DNA from: Candidatus Latescibacterota bacterium
Lineage (GTDB): Bacteria > Latescibacterota > UBA2968 > GCA-2709665
Reading direction: 5' to 3'
Assembly (NCBI GenBank): GCA_965248435.1
Contig: OZ252100.1
Location: 1,472,001-1,536,000 of the forward strand
Length of the DNA: 64,000 bases
Part shown: positions 9,608 through 19,378 of the stretch, one piece after another
Layout of the letters: the number at the start of each line of letters is the position of its first letter
Numbering within the stretch: position 1 is the stretch's first letter
Made by a program: the position numbers and the translations under genes
The notes under the pieces: generated by a model
Database searches by the model: none
What the model saw: only the letters and a program-made list of their open reading frames with translations
Told to the model about the DNA's origin: nothing

Positions 9608-10420
9608 TCAGACCGACTCGATCAGGCGCATTCGGCCGATGAAAGCCCACGGAATTTCTGTGAATTGCGCCTGGCCCAGGTCTTTCTCCTCTCGCGGCTC
9701 GAACACAGGCTCTTCCAGGCCGTCCATCACAAGACCCGTGTCGAAAAAAGTCGTCAGCAAAGAAGACAACGGACGGTGGAAGTAGTGCTGCGGATCTCGA
9801 TTGCAAATCCCTCTACTTTCGCCCGACGCCGGGGTGATATATGATGTAACCTTGATGGAGCGAATCCGCCTGAATCCGCTCTCATCATAAACCAGCTCCG
9901 CCAAACGGGACGTTCCGACGCTGTTGTTGAAACAGGGATGCATGATCGAGAAGACGAATCGCCCGTCCTTCTTGAGTAATCTAGGCACACGACTCGCAAG
10001 GGGTCGAATCGTGGCGAGATCCATCAACGTCATATTGCAGACCACGGCGTCGAATGTGTGCTCACCAAGCTTCGCCAACTCCGCTTCGGATGTCGCATCA
10101 AGAACCGCGTATGTGATCCGATCCTGGCCGCGCGATCGCTCCTTTGCCTTCTGGATCATCACGGTGCTGACGTCGACAGCTGTCACAACGGCACCCAGAC
10201 CCGCAAGGTGCCGAGCGAAGACGCCGTTACCGCAGCCGACATCCAGGACGGTTTCACCCGGCTGCAGGTTGAGCATTCGCTCGGCGGAAGGCCTGACGAG
10301 CTCCTGATGGAAATCATTCCCCTCGTTTCCCATTCTTTCGTCCCAGATGTCGGCCTGCTTTTCCCACTCGTCGTTCGAAGTCTGGGACAATTCCGGCCAT
10401 TCGTCAGGTTTCTGAGTCAT
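9608..10420 (-). CDS. Class I SAM-dependent methyltransferase
   Basis: VLDVGCGNG, FDAVVCNMTLMD, FSIMHPCF, YFHRPLS; start at MTQKP after AGGAGAG. Confidence 0.92.
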   Translation of the reverse strand: MTQKPDEWPELSQTSNDEWEKQADIWDERMGNEGNDFHQELVRPSAERMLNLQPGETVLDVGCGNGVFARHLAGLGAVVTAVDVSTVMIQKAKERSRGQDRITYAVLDATSEAELAKLGEHTFDAVVCNMTLMDLATIRPLASRVPRLLKKDGRFVFSIMHPCFNNSVGTSRLAELVYDESGFRRIRSIKVTSYITPASGESRGICNRDPQHYFHRPLSSLLTTFFDTGLVMDGLEEPVFEPREEKDLGQAQFTEIPWAFIGRMRLIESV

Positions 10421-10454
10421 CTGCTCTCCTGATCGATTAAATGAGCAAGGAATC

Positions 10455-11201
10455 TCAAAGGGATGCGCCGACAAACTGGGATGCGAACTCCAGAAAGTGC
10501 TCTATTTCAGTATTCAACAGATTGTTGTCCTTCGAGGTCGTCGTGCCATCGTATGATCTCGTCGCGGCCTCGATCAGCGGCTTCCACTGAGGAAATCGAG
10601 CGCATGCCCAACACCCCGCAAAGCGCTTCGATACCACCACATCTCGTTCTTCAAAGGTATAGATGATCCTGCAGAGATTGAGAACGCAGTAGTCAGGGTA
10701 GCGGAGATTCTTCTTGATGAAGTCCAACTCAGAGTCGAGGGCGAGGGAGATTTCATTCCACGACGCGTCAGGAAAAATGTCAGTGGGCTCTGGGCCATAA
10801 AGAGAGATATAGCAGCCTGCCCTTATGTGAGAACAATGCAGCGCCCACGATTCGTCTCGTATTTCAGGTCGAAGTTGATGGTTGGGCGGGGTTGTCTTTC
10901 GGGCATCCTCATACAGAATAAAATAGGCGTCCAATTCGGCACCCAAAGGAGGAAAACGGTCCGACAAATTCTTGAAAAGCTGAGATATGTCACCCCTCAC
11001 CTGATCACGCAGTGATTCCCTCAAGATGACATGGCAGTCGATATCCTGGATCTTTCCGGAATCCGGAAACACGGATGCTCCATACATATAGATCCCGTAC
11101 AGGTTCTGGTGGACAATCTCCTTGAGTCCGTCTACGAATGCCTCACAAAGCTCCGTGACCGGCAGGGGAAGTTCGCGATACGCCTTGATTCTCCGCATCA
11201 C
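10455..11201 (-). CDS. Nucleotidyltransferase with DUF4111/AadA-like C-terminal domain
   Basis: YMYGA...QDIDCHV pol-beta-type motif; YCVLNLCRI...VSKRFAGCWA typical of the aminoglycoside adenylyltransferase-like C-domain. Confidence 0.8.
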   Translation of the reverse strand: MMRRIKAYRELPLPVTELCEAFVDGLKEIVHQNLYGIYMYGASVFPDSGKIQDIDCHVILRESLRDQVRGDISQLFKNLSDRFPPLGAELDAYFILYEDARKTTPPNHQLRPEIRDESWALHCSHIRAGCYISLYGPEPTDIFPDASWNEISLALDSELDFIKKNLRYPDYCVLNLCRIIYTFEERDVVVSKRFAGCWACARFPQWKPLIEAATRSYDGTTTSKDNNLLNTEIEHFLEFASQFVGASL

Positions 11202-11587
11202 GCATCTGCCGTGCGGCTGCCGAAATAGAGCCGATGACCATCCAGATCCTGAAGTCCGAAGTCACGCATCCCGTAGGGCCGATCCTCCGGGGCGTTGACG
11301 TCGGTGTGCCCCATCCCCTTCATCTCTTCGAAGACCGCGTCGGCATCCTCAACCTTGATGTAGATGCAGTCACCTTCGTGTCCTTCCTCGGTGTCCCGCT
11401 CGAAAAAGTGTATCTCGACGCCGCCGCGGTTCACGATGGCGTAAGGGCCGATGTCCTTCCATATGTTTCGAACGGTGAACCCCAGGCTGTCCCGGTAGAA
11501 ACCTGCCGCTCGCTCGACGTCCTTCACACCGAACATCGTCGCGGCATTGCGGAATGCTTCATCGGGCACAGATTTGCGTGTATCCAA
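11198..11587 (-). CDS. VOC/bleomycin-resistance family protein
   Basis: VKDVERAAGFYRDSLGF; PEDRPYGMRDFGLQDLDGHRLYF. Confidence 0.9.
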   Translation of the reverse strand: MDTRKSVPDEAFRNAATMFGVKDVERAAGFYRDSLGFTVRNIWKDIGPYAIVNRGGVEIHFFERDTEEGHEGDCIYIKVEDADAVFEEMKGMGHTDVNAPEDRPYGMRDFGLQDLDGHRLYFGSRTADA

Positions 11588-11670
11588 TTCTTCCTCCTAA
11601 AGCAACAATCCGGGCAGGCATTGCGTCAACTTCATCCCGATCTATTACGGTGTCAATCTTGAATTCATAT

Positions 11671-12081
11671 TCAGTGGGGCAATCTTGGATGGAAGTATGC
11701 GTAGAGGTACGCTCCAGCGAATGCGCCAACAAAGGAGATCACAGCCAAATACTCGCCACTTCCCATCTGGGCGTAAATAGGTCCGGGGCACGCCCCGGTA
11801 ATAGCCCAACCCATCCCGAAAAGGCCGCCGCCGATAAGGGTGCCTTTCTGAAATCGCTTCCCTTCGATCTCGATCTGTTCCCCGCGCACCGTCTTCAGGC
11901 CGAGCTTCTTGATCAAGAAGACGGAGATCGCACCTACGACAACGGCAGAGCCAATAATCAGGTACATATGAGCTTCTTCAAAGCGAAACATCTTCTGTAT
12001 CCTGAACCAGGAAGCTACCTCAGATTTAACCAGCACCAATCCAAAATATGCGCCTATAAAAATCGAACTTAGAATTTTCAT
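11671..12081 (-). CDS. YeeE/YedE-family (DUF6691-type) sulfur-compound transport protein
   Basis: GGGLFGMGWAITGACPGP motif; hydrophobic. Confidence 0.9.
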   Translation of the reverse strand: MKILSSIFIGAYFGLVLVKSEVASWFRIQKMFRFEEAHMYLIIGSAVVVGAISVFLIKKLGLKTVRGEQIEIEGKRFQKGTLIGGGLFGMGWAITGACPGPIYAQMGSGEYLAVISFVGAFAGAYLYAYFHPRLPH

Positions 12082-12095
12082 TCATATCCTCGCCA

Positions 12096-12575
12096 CTATG
12101 AAAAAAACCGAAAGACCGCCACCATAAATAATCCCCCCACAAAAAAGCTGATGGTCGCAACTAAGCTGGGCCATTTGAGGGCGGACAACCCCATGATTGC
12201 GTGACCCGATGTGCATCCACCGGCATATCGCGTACCGAATCCAACGAACAATCCGCCCACAAAAAGGGCCATCATCCCGCCCCAATGATGATAGTGGCTG
12301 GGCAGCAAGGGGATCGGCGCATTCGATAGAACGTGCATGCCAATAGCACTGCCAATGAGTATGCCCAGAACGAAATACAAATTCCAGGATTCTGTTCGCC
12401 AATCGTTTTCCCGCAAATAGTCTATTTGGGTGTTAGGTGAACAGATTGAGCCCAGATGTCGAAAACTGCTCGATATGCCGAAAGGTTTCCCAACAGAGAT
12501 CAACAACAAGGGCACGGTCAGTCCGATTAAAGGCCCGGAAACATACCAGGGCCAGGTTTCGAATAACCAATCCAC
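12096..12575 (-). CDS. YeeE/YedE-family sulfur-compound transport protein
   Basis: WPWYVSG, FGISS, GFGTRYAGGCTSGH motif. Confidence 0.92.
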   Translation of the reverse strand: MDWLFETWPWYVSGPLIGLTVPLLLISVGKPFGISSSFRHLGSICSPNTQIDYLRENDWRTESWNLYFVLGILIGSAIGMHVLSNAPIPLLPSHYHHWGGMMALFVGGLFVGFGTRYAGGCTSGHAIMGLSALKWPSLVATISFFVGGLFMVAVFRFFS

Positions 12576-12613
12576 GTCACTCTCCTCTCGCGAACGGTTC
12601 TTATTTCGATGGC

Positions 12614-13444
12614 TTATAAGGTTCTCGAACTTCCCCGAACCTGCGAAGCACCTCCGGCCTCAAGATCTTTTTTTACTACCAGGGTGAACGTTCCCGGCAA
12701 AGTCAAACATTCCCCGTGCGGTATTTCGACCAACGTCTCTACGATCAAGCCACTGGCGCTCACGGCGGACACGATCTCTCCCAACTGCCAGTACCGCACA
12801 CGACACAGAGGAAACGAATCGACTTCATCACTAGAAAAAGCGACGTGAGTCGGTGCGGGCTTTTCTAATATCTCCTCAGAAAAGTAGTCGCCCTCCAGAA
12901 CCAATCGATCTCCATCCTGAGCAGGCGCAAATTTCCTGTTCATTGGATGAAATTCGTGCAGAACCAGCTTTCCCCCCGGCTTCAGGATCAAATGAATCAG
13001 CCTGGCGAGCGGATCCAGATCCACAAAGTAATGGAGGATCCCGAGCTCCATTAAGACGAAATCGAAGGTGGAACCAAAAGGTTCCGTGGACCATTCCATC
13101 AGGTCTGAGACGATGTAATTGATGGACACTCCAGCGGCTCGAGCTACCTCCTGAGCATAACGCTGATTTTCTTCAGAAATATCGACGACGGTCACCTCGG
13201 CTCCAAGAAGGGCCATGGCTACAGCTCGACGCCCGTGCGACCCCAGAAGGTTTGCGACGGCCTTGCCTTTCAGGTCACCCAGATAGTTTGCGTACTGTCG
13301 GAGGATGTAGTCGGGATTCTGACGGATTTTTGCTGCCGCCTCCGCTGGAGGGCCGTAGCCCCTGAGCCACGCTTCGTAGGCTCTATGCGACCAGGCTGCT
13401 TTGTTGGCTCTGCTGTGTTCTCTTTGTGACACTGTCGCCATCAC
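12614..13444 (-). CDS. Class I SAM-dependent methyltransferase
   Basis: NLLGSHG variant motif I, VTVVDIS, ILKPGGKLVLHEFHP. Confidence 0.88.
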   Translation of the reverse strand: MMATVSQREHSRANKAAWSHRAYEAWLRGYGPPAEAAAKIRQNPDYILRQYANYLGDLKGKAVANLLGSHGRRAVAMALLGAEVTVVDISEENQRYAQEVARAAGVSINYIVSDLMEWSTEPFGSTFDFVLMELGILHYFVDLDPLARLIHLILKPGGKLVLHEFHPMNRKFAPAQDGDRLVLEGDYFSEEILEKPAPTHVAFSSDEVDSFPLCRVRYWQLGEIVSAVSASGLIVETLVEIPHGECLTLPGTFTLVVKKDLEAGGASQVRGSSRTL

Positions 13445-13445
13445 T

Positions 13446-15755
13446 TCACTCTACGAGGCGGAACAGCTCATCCTGCCTGGTCGTTTGTCGTGTCTGAACG
13501 TCTTCTACCGTAACCGTTAGTTTGTAGACCCCTGCAGGCATTTCTGTTACATCAATATTCAAATAGATGAAATCGTCCTCCTGATCCCCCTCATAACGGG
13601 CCGTGACCGCCGTCTCCCTCCCTGCGCCTCCTCGTCGCCTCTCGTATTTTTCCGAGACCCGATTTTTTTCAGGGAGCACGTATCTTACTCGATAGTCGAC
13701 AACACGTTCTTGATCGAATTGCCCCTCCCTTTCTGTCACTTCTTCTACTTCTACTCTGGCCCCCGCCTCGGGCAAATCCACGGCTTCGAAAAGAGCGGGA
13801 TCGATCTCCTTCTTCCCAGGCGCCCCGATGCTGTAGGTCACATCGTATCGAGTCCGGCCGAATTCGTCTCGGGTCAGGTTGTAGACTTCCAGGTAGACGA
13901 ACACGAGATCATTACGAGGGTAGGTCCGAAGCGGATTCGGTACGATCCTCAGGTCCGCGCGATTCTCGGGAAACGCCACACGGGTTTCGATGTCGCTGGA
14001 CAGCAGCAGATCGCTCATCGCCAACGCCGTATTGTCGAATGAGAAGGCGTAGGTCTCACGAAACGTCCCGATTGAGCCCCCGGCCCGGTCGAGGACCTCT
14101 GCTGCCAGCGTGTAGGACCCCTGGCCCGCGTGCAGTTCCTGCTGAATAAGCAGGTAGCTGTTCTTGAGGCTGTCAGAGCCCGCACGCGCGTGGGCCGGCA
14201 AGCTGCCTACCCTCTTATAGACCTCTCCCCAGTTCTCGTCGAACATAAAGATCCCGTTGTCTGCCTGAGCCTCATCTGCCCCCAGGCGAGCCTTCACTCT
14301 CGATCTGGGGACTGCATAGGCAAGCTCTATGCGGACACTGTCCGCATCCCGGAAGCCCACCGTGAGATGAGGCAGTGTATATTTGTTCTCCACATACGGA
14401 TCCACATATCTTGGCGATTTCTTCTCGAAGGTCTCTCTGGGATGCCCGGGCCACTTGCCGCGGCGGGACGCCTCCAGAGCCTCTTCCAGGAGATAACCCT
14501 CCCACCGCCACGCATCCAGACCGTTCCAGTTACGAAAGCGAAGCTCAAAATCTTCGTATACCCAGGTTTCCAGGTGGTGCTCTACCCTGGATATTTGCAG
14601 CTCCTCCTGCACGCCCGTCGTTCCCGGCTGAGCTTCGGTTTCCAGAGTATCTTCCTCGCCTTCACTCACCTCCTGTTCGAGCTGGATATCTGGCCTCTGC
14701 GCCCATATGTGGAGGGGCAGCCCAAACTTGATGTGGGTCTTGCCCATGTCGGTCTGCCAGCCGGAGATACCCTTCTCGGGTCGGGTGAAACGGAGATTGG
14801 CATAGGCAACGCGCCCGTAGTGTGCCATCCGCCGCTCGTTGTAGTCGGTAAGCAGGAGGGGGTCCTGCTTGCTCCAGAATCGCTCTCGCGCAGGACTATC
14901 GGTCCACTGAGCCTGTGAAGCAGGTTCCTGTGCCTGTAGAGCGGCCTGTTCTATACCGACCTTCTCGTCCTTATCCGCGAGGTAATCGACCGACTCCATC
15001 ACGGCGCGCTCCTCTGGCCGCATCCGTTTCAGTGCAGCCGAGTAGAGCAAGTAGGCGTTTTCCTCCTCGCCCAATCTCTGATAGGCCAGCCCCATGAAGA
15101 GGAACGCGTCCTTGTCTCTCGAAAACTGCTTGAGCAGCTGTTTAGACACACGGACCAACCCGTTCGGATCCCCGCTCTCGAGGTATAGTAAACCGAGCTG
15201 GTAATAGGCGTTTCTGAACGTGGGATCTGCCTGGATGGATTGGGTCAGATAATTTTCGCCTTTCTTCCGCTCCTCCTCGGGGAAGATCTCCTTGCCCAAC
15301 ATTTCCATGTGCTGGTACTTCAGAAACCGCTTCAGAGCGAGGTAGCCGAGGTAGTAGGCAGCCGCGGCGTTGTTCGGGTTCGCCTTCAAAACTTCGCGGT
15401 ACTTCCGCTCCGCATCGCGCCGGAAGCCCTGTGACCACAGGATTTCCCCGTACGCACGTTGATACTGTTCATTGTCGGGGTCGAGGCGAATGGCGTTTCG
15501 GATGGACCCTTCCGCGCGCTTGCGGTCTGAGGGTGTGTCGAGCGATAAGTAGAGTTTTGCGAGTTCGTGGTGTGCGGGGGCGTAGTTCGGGTCTGCCTTG
15601 AGGACACGTTGAAACGCGTCAGCACTTCCTTCATGAAGGGCCAGCAGGAACAGGGAGTCCGCTTTGCTGAATACGGTGCTTGCGTGAATCTCTGCTCCAA
15701 GAGTACAGGACAGCGCGAGTGCGAAAAGAAGCGTCCTTTTCAGTCTGGATTCCAT
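13446..15755 (-). CDS. Secreted TPR + GWxTD domain protein
   Basis: Signal peptide; several TPRs; FWSKQDP...NERRMAHYGRVAYAN...GWQTDMG signature; C-terminal beta-rich domains. Confidence 0.88.
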   Translation of the reverse strand: MESRLKRTLLFALALSCTLGAEIHASTVFSKADSLFLLALHEGSADAFQRVLKADPNYAPAHHELAKLYLSLDTPSDRKRAEGSIRNAIRLDPDNEQYQRAYGEILWSQGFRRDAERKYREVLKANPNNAAAAYYLGYLALKRFLKYQHMEMLGKEIFPEEERKKGENYLTQSIQADPTFRNAYYQLGLLYLESGDPNGLVRVSKQLLKQFSRDKDAFLFMGLAYQRLGEEENAYLLYSAALKRMRPEERAVMESVDYLADKDEKVGIEQAALQAQEPASQAQWTDSPARERFWSKQDPLLLTDYNERRMAHYGRVAYANLRFTRPEKGISGWQTDMGKTHIKFGLPLHIWAQRPDIQLEQEVSEGEEDTLETEAQPGTTGVQEELQISRVEHHLETWVYEDFELRFRNWNGLDAWRWEGYLLEEALEASRRGKWPGHPRETFEKKSPRYVDPYVENKYTLPHLTVGFRDADSVRIELAYAVPRSRVKARLGADEAQADNGIFMFDENWGEVYKRVGSLPAHARAGSDSLKNSYLLIQQELHAGQGSYTLAAEVLDRAGGSIGTFRETYAFSFDNTALAMSDLLLSSDIETRVAFPENRADLRIVPNPLRTYPRNDLVFVYLEVYNLTRDEFGRTRYDVTYSIGAPGKKEIDPALFEAVDLPEAGARVEVEEVTEREGQFDQERVVDYRVRYVLPEKNRVSEKYERRRGGAGRETAVTARYEGDQEDDFIYLNIDVTEMPAGVYKLTVTVEDVQTRQTTRQDELFRLVE

Positions 15756-15787
15756 TCGATTTTCCGTTACTCGGCTTTGCGGCGATC

Positions 15788-16282
15788 TTATGCCTTTTGA
15801 TTAGTCTGTTCGTATTGGGCCAGGAAGTCGTATATCCGCCGGTGAAGTCTTGCGTCTTCAAGCGCGTGGTGAATGTCGTCTTCTGATAATGGCAATTGAG
15901 GATTTCCGAGATGCCAGGCCCATTGGTGAAGGTCCCAGCACTCGAACGGCCAATTCGATGGAAGATCATCCAGGCCGCTAAACAGCACACGCGTTACCAG
16001 GTACCAGTCGTAAGTAGCAATGAAACTCCAAAACTCTGCCGGCTCATCTCCTACAAAATCTAGGAACTGGGTCGCAATGGAGGTTAGGGGTTTCCACGCC
16101 GGAGATTCTCGAGGCGCCAGATGAGGCAAGACATTCTCTTTGATCCAGGGCTTCACGGCATCGGGATCAAAATCTGTTGAGATTGCATAAAACTCCCGGT
16201 CGTCTTCTGCGACAGCACCCAAACTTATCAGTGCAACTTCCTTACCATCGTCGTAGTACTCCGTATCCAGCCAAAACCGCAT
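15788..16282 (-). CDS. DEDDh 3'-5' exoribonuclease (Rv2179c/RNase AS-like)
   Basis: LDTEY ExoI, LISLGAVAEDDREFYA, HHALEDA ExoIII. Confidence 0.85.
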   Translation of the reverse strand: MRFWLDTEYYDDGKEVALISLGAVAEDDREFYAISTDFDPDAVKPWIKENVLPHLAPRESPAWKPLTSIATQFLDFVGDEPAEFWSFIATYDWYLVTRVLFSGLDDLPSNWPFECWDLHQWAWHLGNPQLPLSEDDIHHALEDARLHRRIYDFLAQYEQTNQKA

Positions 16283-16359
16283 CTATCTTTTACCTCGTAT
16301 GTTGAATGAGAGCCAAGCCGCACCCAGGACCTGATTGATGCTCGTGTAAGCGCCAAAAC

Positions 16360-17118
16360 CTATGCTACCCAGAATGTTGAGAACCTCGCCTCTCTACTGT
16401 AACCAAGTTTCCTCGCAACCTTCGCAGAAGCAGTATTGCTCGCATCGCAGCACCAGTAGGTTTCGCAGCCGCGCTGCTCGCATAGCTGGATTAGCCGCGA
16501 GCAAGCAACCGTGGCATATCCTTTGCCTCTATTTTCCTCTCTGGTCAGCACGCCGATTTCTGCCGACCCGGCGCCAAAGTGGGCCGCATACGCCTCGGTG
16601 AGTATACAGTCGGCCTTCATGAGACAGAGGCCAATTCCATTCTGGAGAAAGGCATTCAAACTTCCACACGTCGTCTGCATAAAATCCTTCCAGGCACATC
16701 TCTCGAGCAGTTCCCGGTCCATTCTACGACAGTCGAGGTCCTGTCCGATTCGAAATCGATCGAGAGAGGATGAGCCTCCAGGACAACCATCGAACTGAAG
16801 CCTCGTGCCTTCCTCCAGGAAGGTAAGGGAACGAAAAAACTGATAGTCCCGCTCGTAAGGAGTGAAATGGACTCTCCAATTCGCCTGGAGTTGTGCCGCG
16901 ACCTCCGTTACCGCATCCCCTGTCAGCTCTCCCGATGCAAATGTGTTACCTGATGCTTCCGCAATGAACGCATAGCTGGGGGTCGATTCATCGTCTGCGA
17001 AAACTCTGCCGGGATTCATTCCTTCCAAGACAGCATACAGAAATGCCCTCTTGGGCACATCTGGAGTGAACATTCTAGAAATGCGGTTTGGAATTGGCCT
17101 AGTCTTGATCTCGAACAT
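16360..17118 (-). CDS. GNAT family acetyltransferase (two-domain)
   Basis: EIGVLTREENRGKGYAT; WCCDASNTASAKVARKLGY. Confidence 0.9.
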   Translation of the reverse strand: MFEIKTRPIPNRISRMFTPDVPKRAFLYAVLEGMNPGRVFADDESTPSYAFIAEASGNTFASGELTGDAVTEVAAQLQANWRVHFTPYERDYQFFRSLTFLEEGTRLQFDGCPGGSSSLDRFRIGQDLDCRRMDRELLERCAWKDFMQTTCGSLNAFLQNGIGLCLMKADCILTEAYAAHFGAGSAEIGVLTREENRGKGYATVACSRLIQLCEQRGCETYWCCDASNTASAKVARKLGYSREARFSTFWVA

Positions 17119-17173
17119 CCGGGGGACGCCTATACCTGCTTCTCCTTCTCACTTGTAAGGTATTTCAACACCA

Positions 17174-17980
17174 TTAGCGATACGTCAACTTTGGCTCTTT
17201 CTGTCCTCTCCGTCTCAATCCCCCTACGACCAGGTTGTGATAGGGTTCCTCAGGTGCCATCCCAACGGGACGTATTTCAGCGTCGTGAAATCCGATACGC
17301 ACCGACTTTCGCCACGCACGGGTTCGGTTCATGTCGGACCAATGGATCGTGTAATAGCTAAAAAAGATGACATCGCCCTTTTTGGCCGGCACCTGAACCG
17401 TTTCTACGTGGTCTGGATGATATTTCTCAGGCGGCAGATACGGGCGCGTATGATCCCCGGTAATGTGCTCCAGGGGTCCCTGTTCGTGGCTTCCAGGAAC
17501 AACCCGGAGACATCCGCTCTCAGGTTCCGCATCGTCCAAATGCAGCAAACAGTCCACAAAGCCGGGTCCGTCGTGGGGATAGAAGGGATAGTCCTGGTGC
17601 ATCGGGAAAGGGGTGCCGCGTTCAGGCGGTTTGCCGTGCAGAATCGTATGATGCCACTGTACGTTTGGCCCGACAAGCGCCTTCACGCAATCGATCAACT
17701 TCTCGTGAAAGATCACACGACCCCAGGCAGGAGAATACCATTGTGGATTGGCAATAAAGACGGCTCGGGTGTCGTTCTGCTGGCCCTCCGGCAGGTAGTG
17801 ATCCCGCCACGGCCCGCGCCACCCAATGCTGTCCTCGCCCCACCAATCCTCAACAATCCGATTCATCTCTGAGTGGAGTTCTTCAATCTCATCCTTCGTG
17901 AAGATTCCAGAAACCTTTACATAGCCGTCCTTTTTGTAGGCTGTAATCTGTTCTTCCGTAGGCACAAAGGGTTTACCCAT
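17174..17980 (-). CDS. Phytanoyl-CoA dioxygenase (PhyH) family Fe(II)/2OG dioxygenase
   Basis: MHQDYPF HxD motif, GCLRVVPGSH, GDVIFF..TIHWS..N. Confidence 0.92.
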   Translation of the reverse strand: MGKPFVPTEEQITAYKKDGYVKVSGIFTKDEIEELHSEMNRIVEDWWGEDSIGWRGPWRDHYLPEGQQNDTRAVFIANPQWYSPAWGRVIFHEKLIDCVKALVGPNVQWHHTILHGKPPERGTPFPMHQDYPFYPHDGPGFVDCLLHLDDAEPESGCLRVVPGSHEQGPLEHITGDHTRPYLPPEKYHPDHVETVQVPAKKGDVIFFSYYTIHWSDMNRTRAWRKSVRIGFHDAEIRPVGMAPEEPYHNLVVGGLRRRGQKEPKLTYR

Positions 17981-18063
17981 GTGTCTTCTCCGTGGGTGAT
18001 CGGTGTATCAAATGCCTCACCGACTTCAAATACCGGGAAGATTTAGCCATGTGTTGTTCTTTT

Positions 18064-18573
18064 CTAGGCTTCCAATAGATTGGCGACAATGAGAGCGCGG
18101 TGATGCAGCGGACTAAAGACGTTGGGTGCCAATTCTGAAAGGACCCGATCGGGTGGAACTAACTTGCGAGCCAGGATTTCGTGCTGGGGTACCCACTTCT
18201 CGAGTTGAACGCTCGCCAGCCAAAAGGACCGCACCAGCACCAGCCCCTTTTCGTGACCCCTGGTACATCCACCGCGGGAAAACCCGAGCAGCTTCGCCTC
18301 TTTAACTTCCACACAAGCTTCCTCCCTCATTTCACGCCGCAGCGTTTCCTCCCACGACTCGCCACCCTCTGGTCTACCTCCAGGGAAGTCCCAGCTTTTC
18401 CCATCGTGCGTAATCAGCACTACTTCACCACCGCCTGTCACGCAAATACCTGCCGACCCGTGACGTTGTCCCTCGGGAGGATCGTGAGACGGAAACCAGG
18501 CGGCGAGCCAGTCCTGCCCACCCGATTCTACCTGGAATTCTTCATATTCCCGCGCCGCTCGCGGCTGTTTCAC
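18064..18573 (-). CDS. Nudix hydrolase
   Basis: PGGRPEGGESWEETLRREMREEAC Nudix box. Confidence 0.9.
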   Translation of the reverse strand: MKQPRAAREYEEFQVESGGQDWLAAWFPSHDPPEGQRHGSAGICVTGGGEVVLITHDGKSWDFPGGRPEGGESWEETLRREMREEACVEVKEAKLLGFSRGGCTRGHEKGLVLVRSFWLASVQLEKWVPQHEILARKLVPPDRVLSELAPNVFSPLHHRALIVANLLEA

Positions 18574-19298
18574 GGTTTCCTGCCTCCAAACAGAGCTAAC
18601 TCAAACAGTTTGAAAAAGCAGTCGACGTCAAGGAATCCGACCTGGCGAAGCCACTCACATTGAACATCGACCGGAGCAGGAATGTTCTCCTTCTTGTCCG
18701 GTCGGTTATAGTACGTCTCCGCGACCTCCTGCCTGGTCTTGTTCGGGGCTTTCGTCCTGTGGAAGCGATGAAGGTTATCAACAAAGAAATCATCGAAAAG
18801 CTCTTTACCAGAGGATGTGAGCGACGCGACGTGATCGAGGTTCAGGAATATGCCTCCCGTTGACAGGAGATCTAGGACCTCGGCATACAGTTCCTTCTTG
18901 CGGGTGTCTTGTTGATGATGGATGGCGAAACCTGAGACGACGATATCGAATTGAGCTTCGCCTCTGACATCCTTAAGCCACGCCGGCGTCGCAATATCGG
19001 CTTTAACAAGCACGGCGCGTTTGGCGTCATTCAATTGATCCCGTGCAGCGTTCAGCATGGGATCTGAAAAGTCTACAAAAGTCGCATGAATTGCGGGGTA
19101 CATGTTCATCAGAGACCGGCCGAGGATCCCGTCACCACAGCCTATATCGAGTATGCGCGAAGGCCGAGGGCACCACAATTGAGCAATCTTGGCCAGGACC
19201 TCAAATTGAAGGTCTGTGCCGGGAATGGCTCCTCGCACGCCTTGAAGAAAGACCCTTGCCGGATCCTCTTTTTGCCATTCGCTTTTGATTTCAGTCAT
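18570..19298 (-). CDS. Class I SAM-dependent methyltransferase
   Basis: ILDIGCGDG, FDIVVSGFAIHH, GGIFLNLDH. Confidence 0.92.
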   Translation of the reverse strand: MTEIKSEWQKEDPARVFLQGVRGAIPGTDLQFEVLAKIAQLWCPRPSRILDIGCGDGILGRSLMNMYPAIHATFVDFSDPMLNAARDQLNDAKRAVLVKADIATPAWLKDVRGEAQFDIVVSGFAIHHQQDTRKKELYAEVLDLLSTGGIFLNLDHVASLTSSGKELFDDFFVDNLHRFHRTKAPNKTRQEVAETYYNRPDKKENIPAPVDVQCEWLRQVGFLDVDCFFKLFELALFGGRKP

Positions 19299-19378
19299 TT
19301 TCGCCTCATCATCCGACTTGATCTTCCACGGCAGGTAACGCGCAAACGATTCCGGACAGCCAGCAGGCTAAAGCCATC

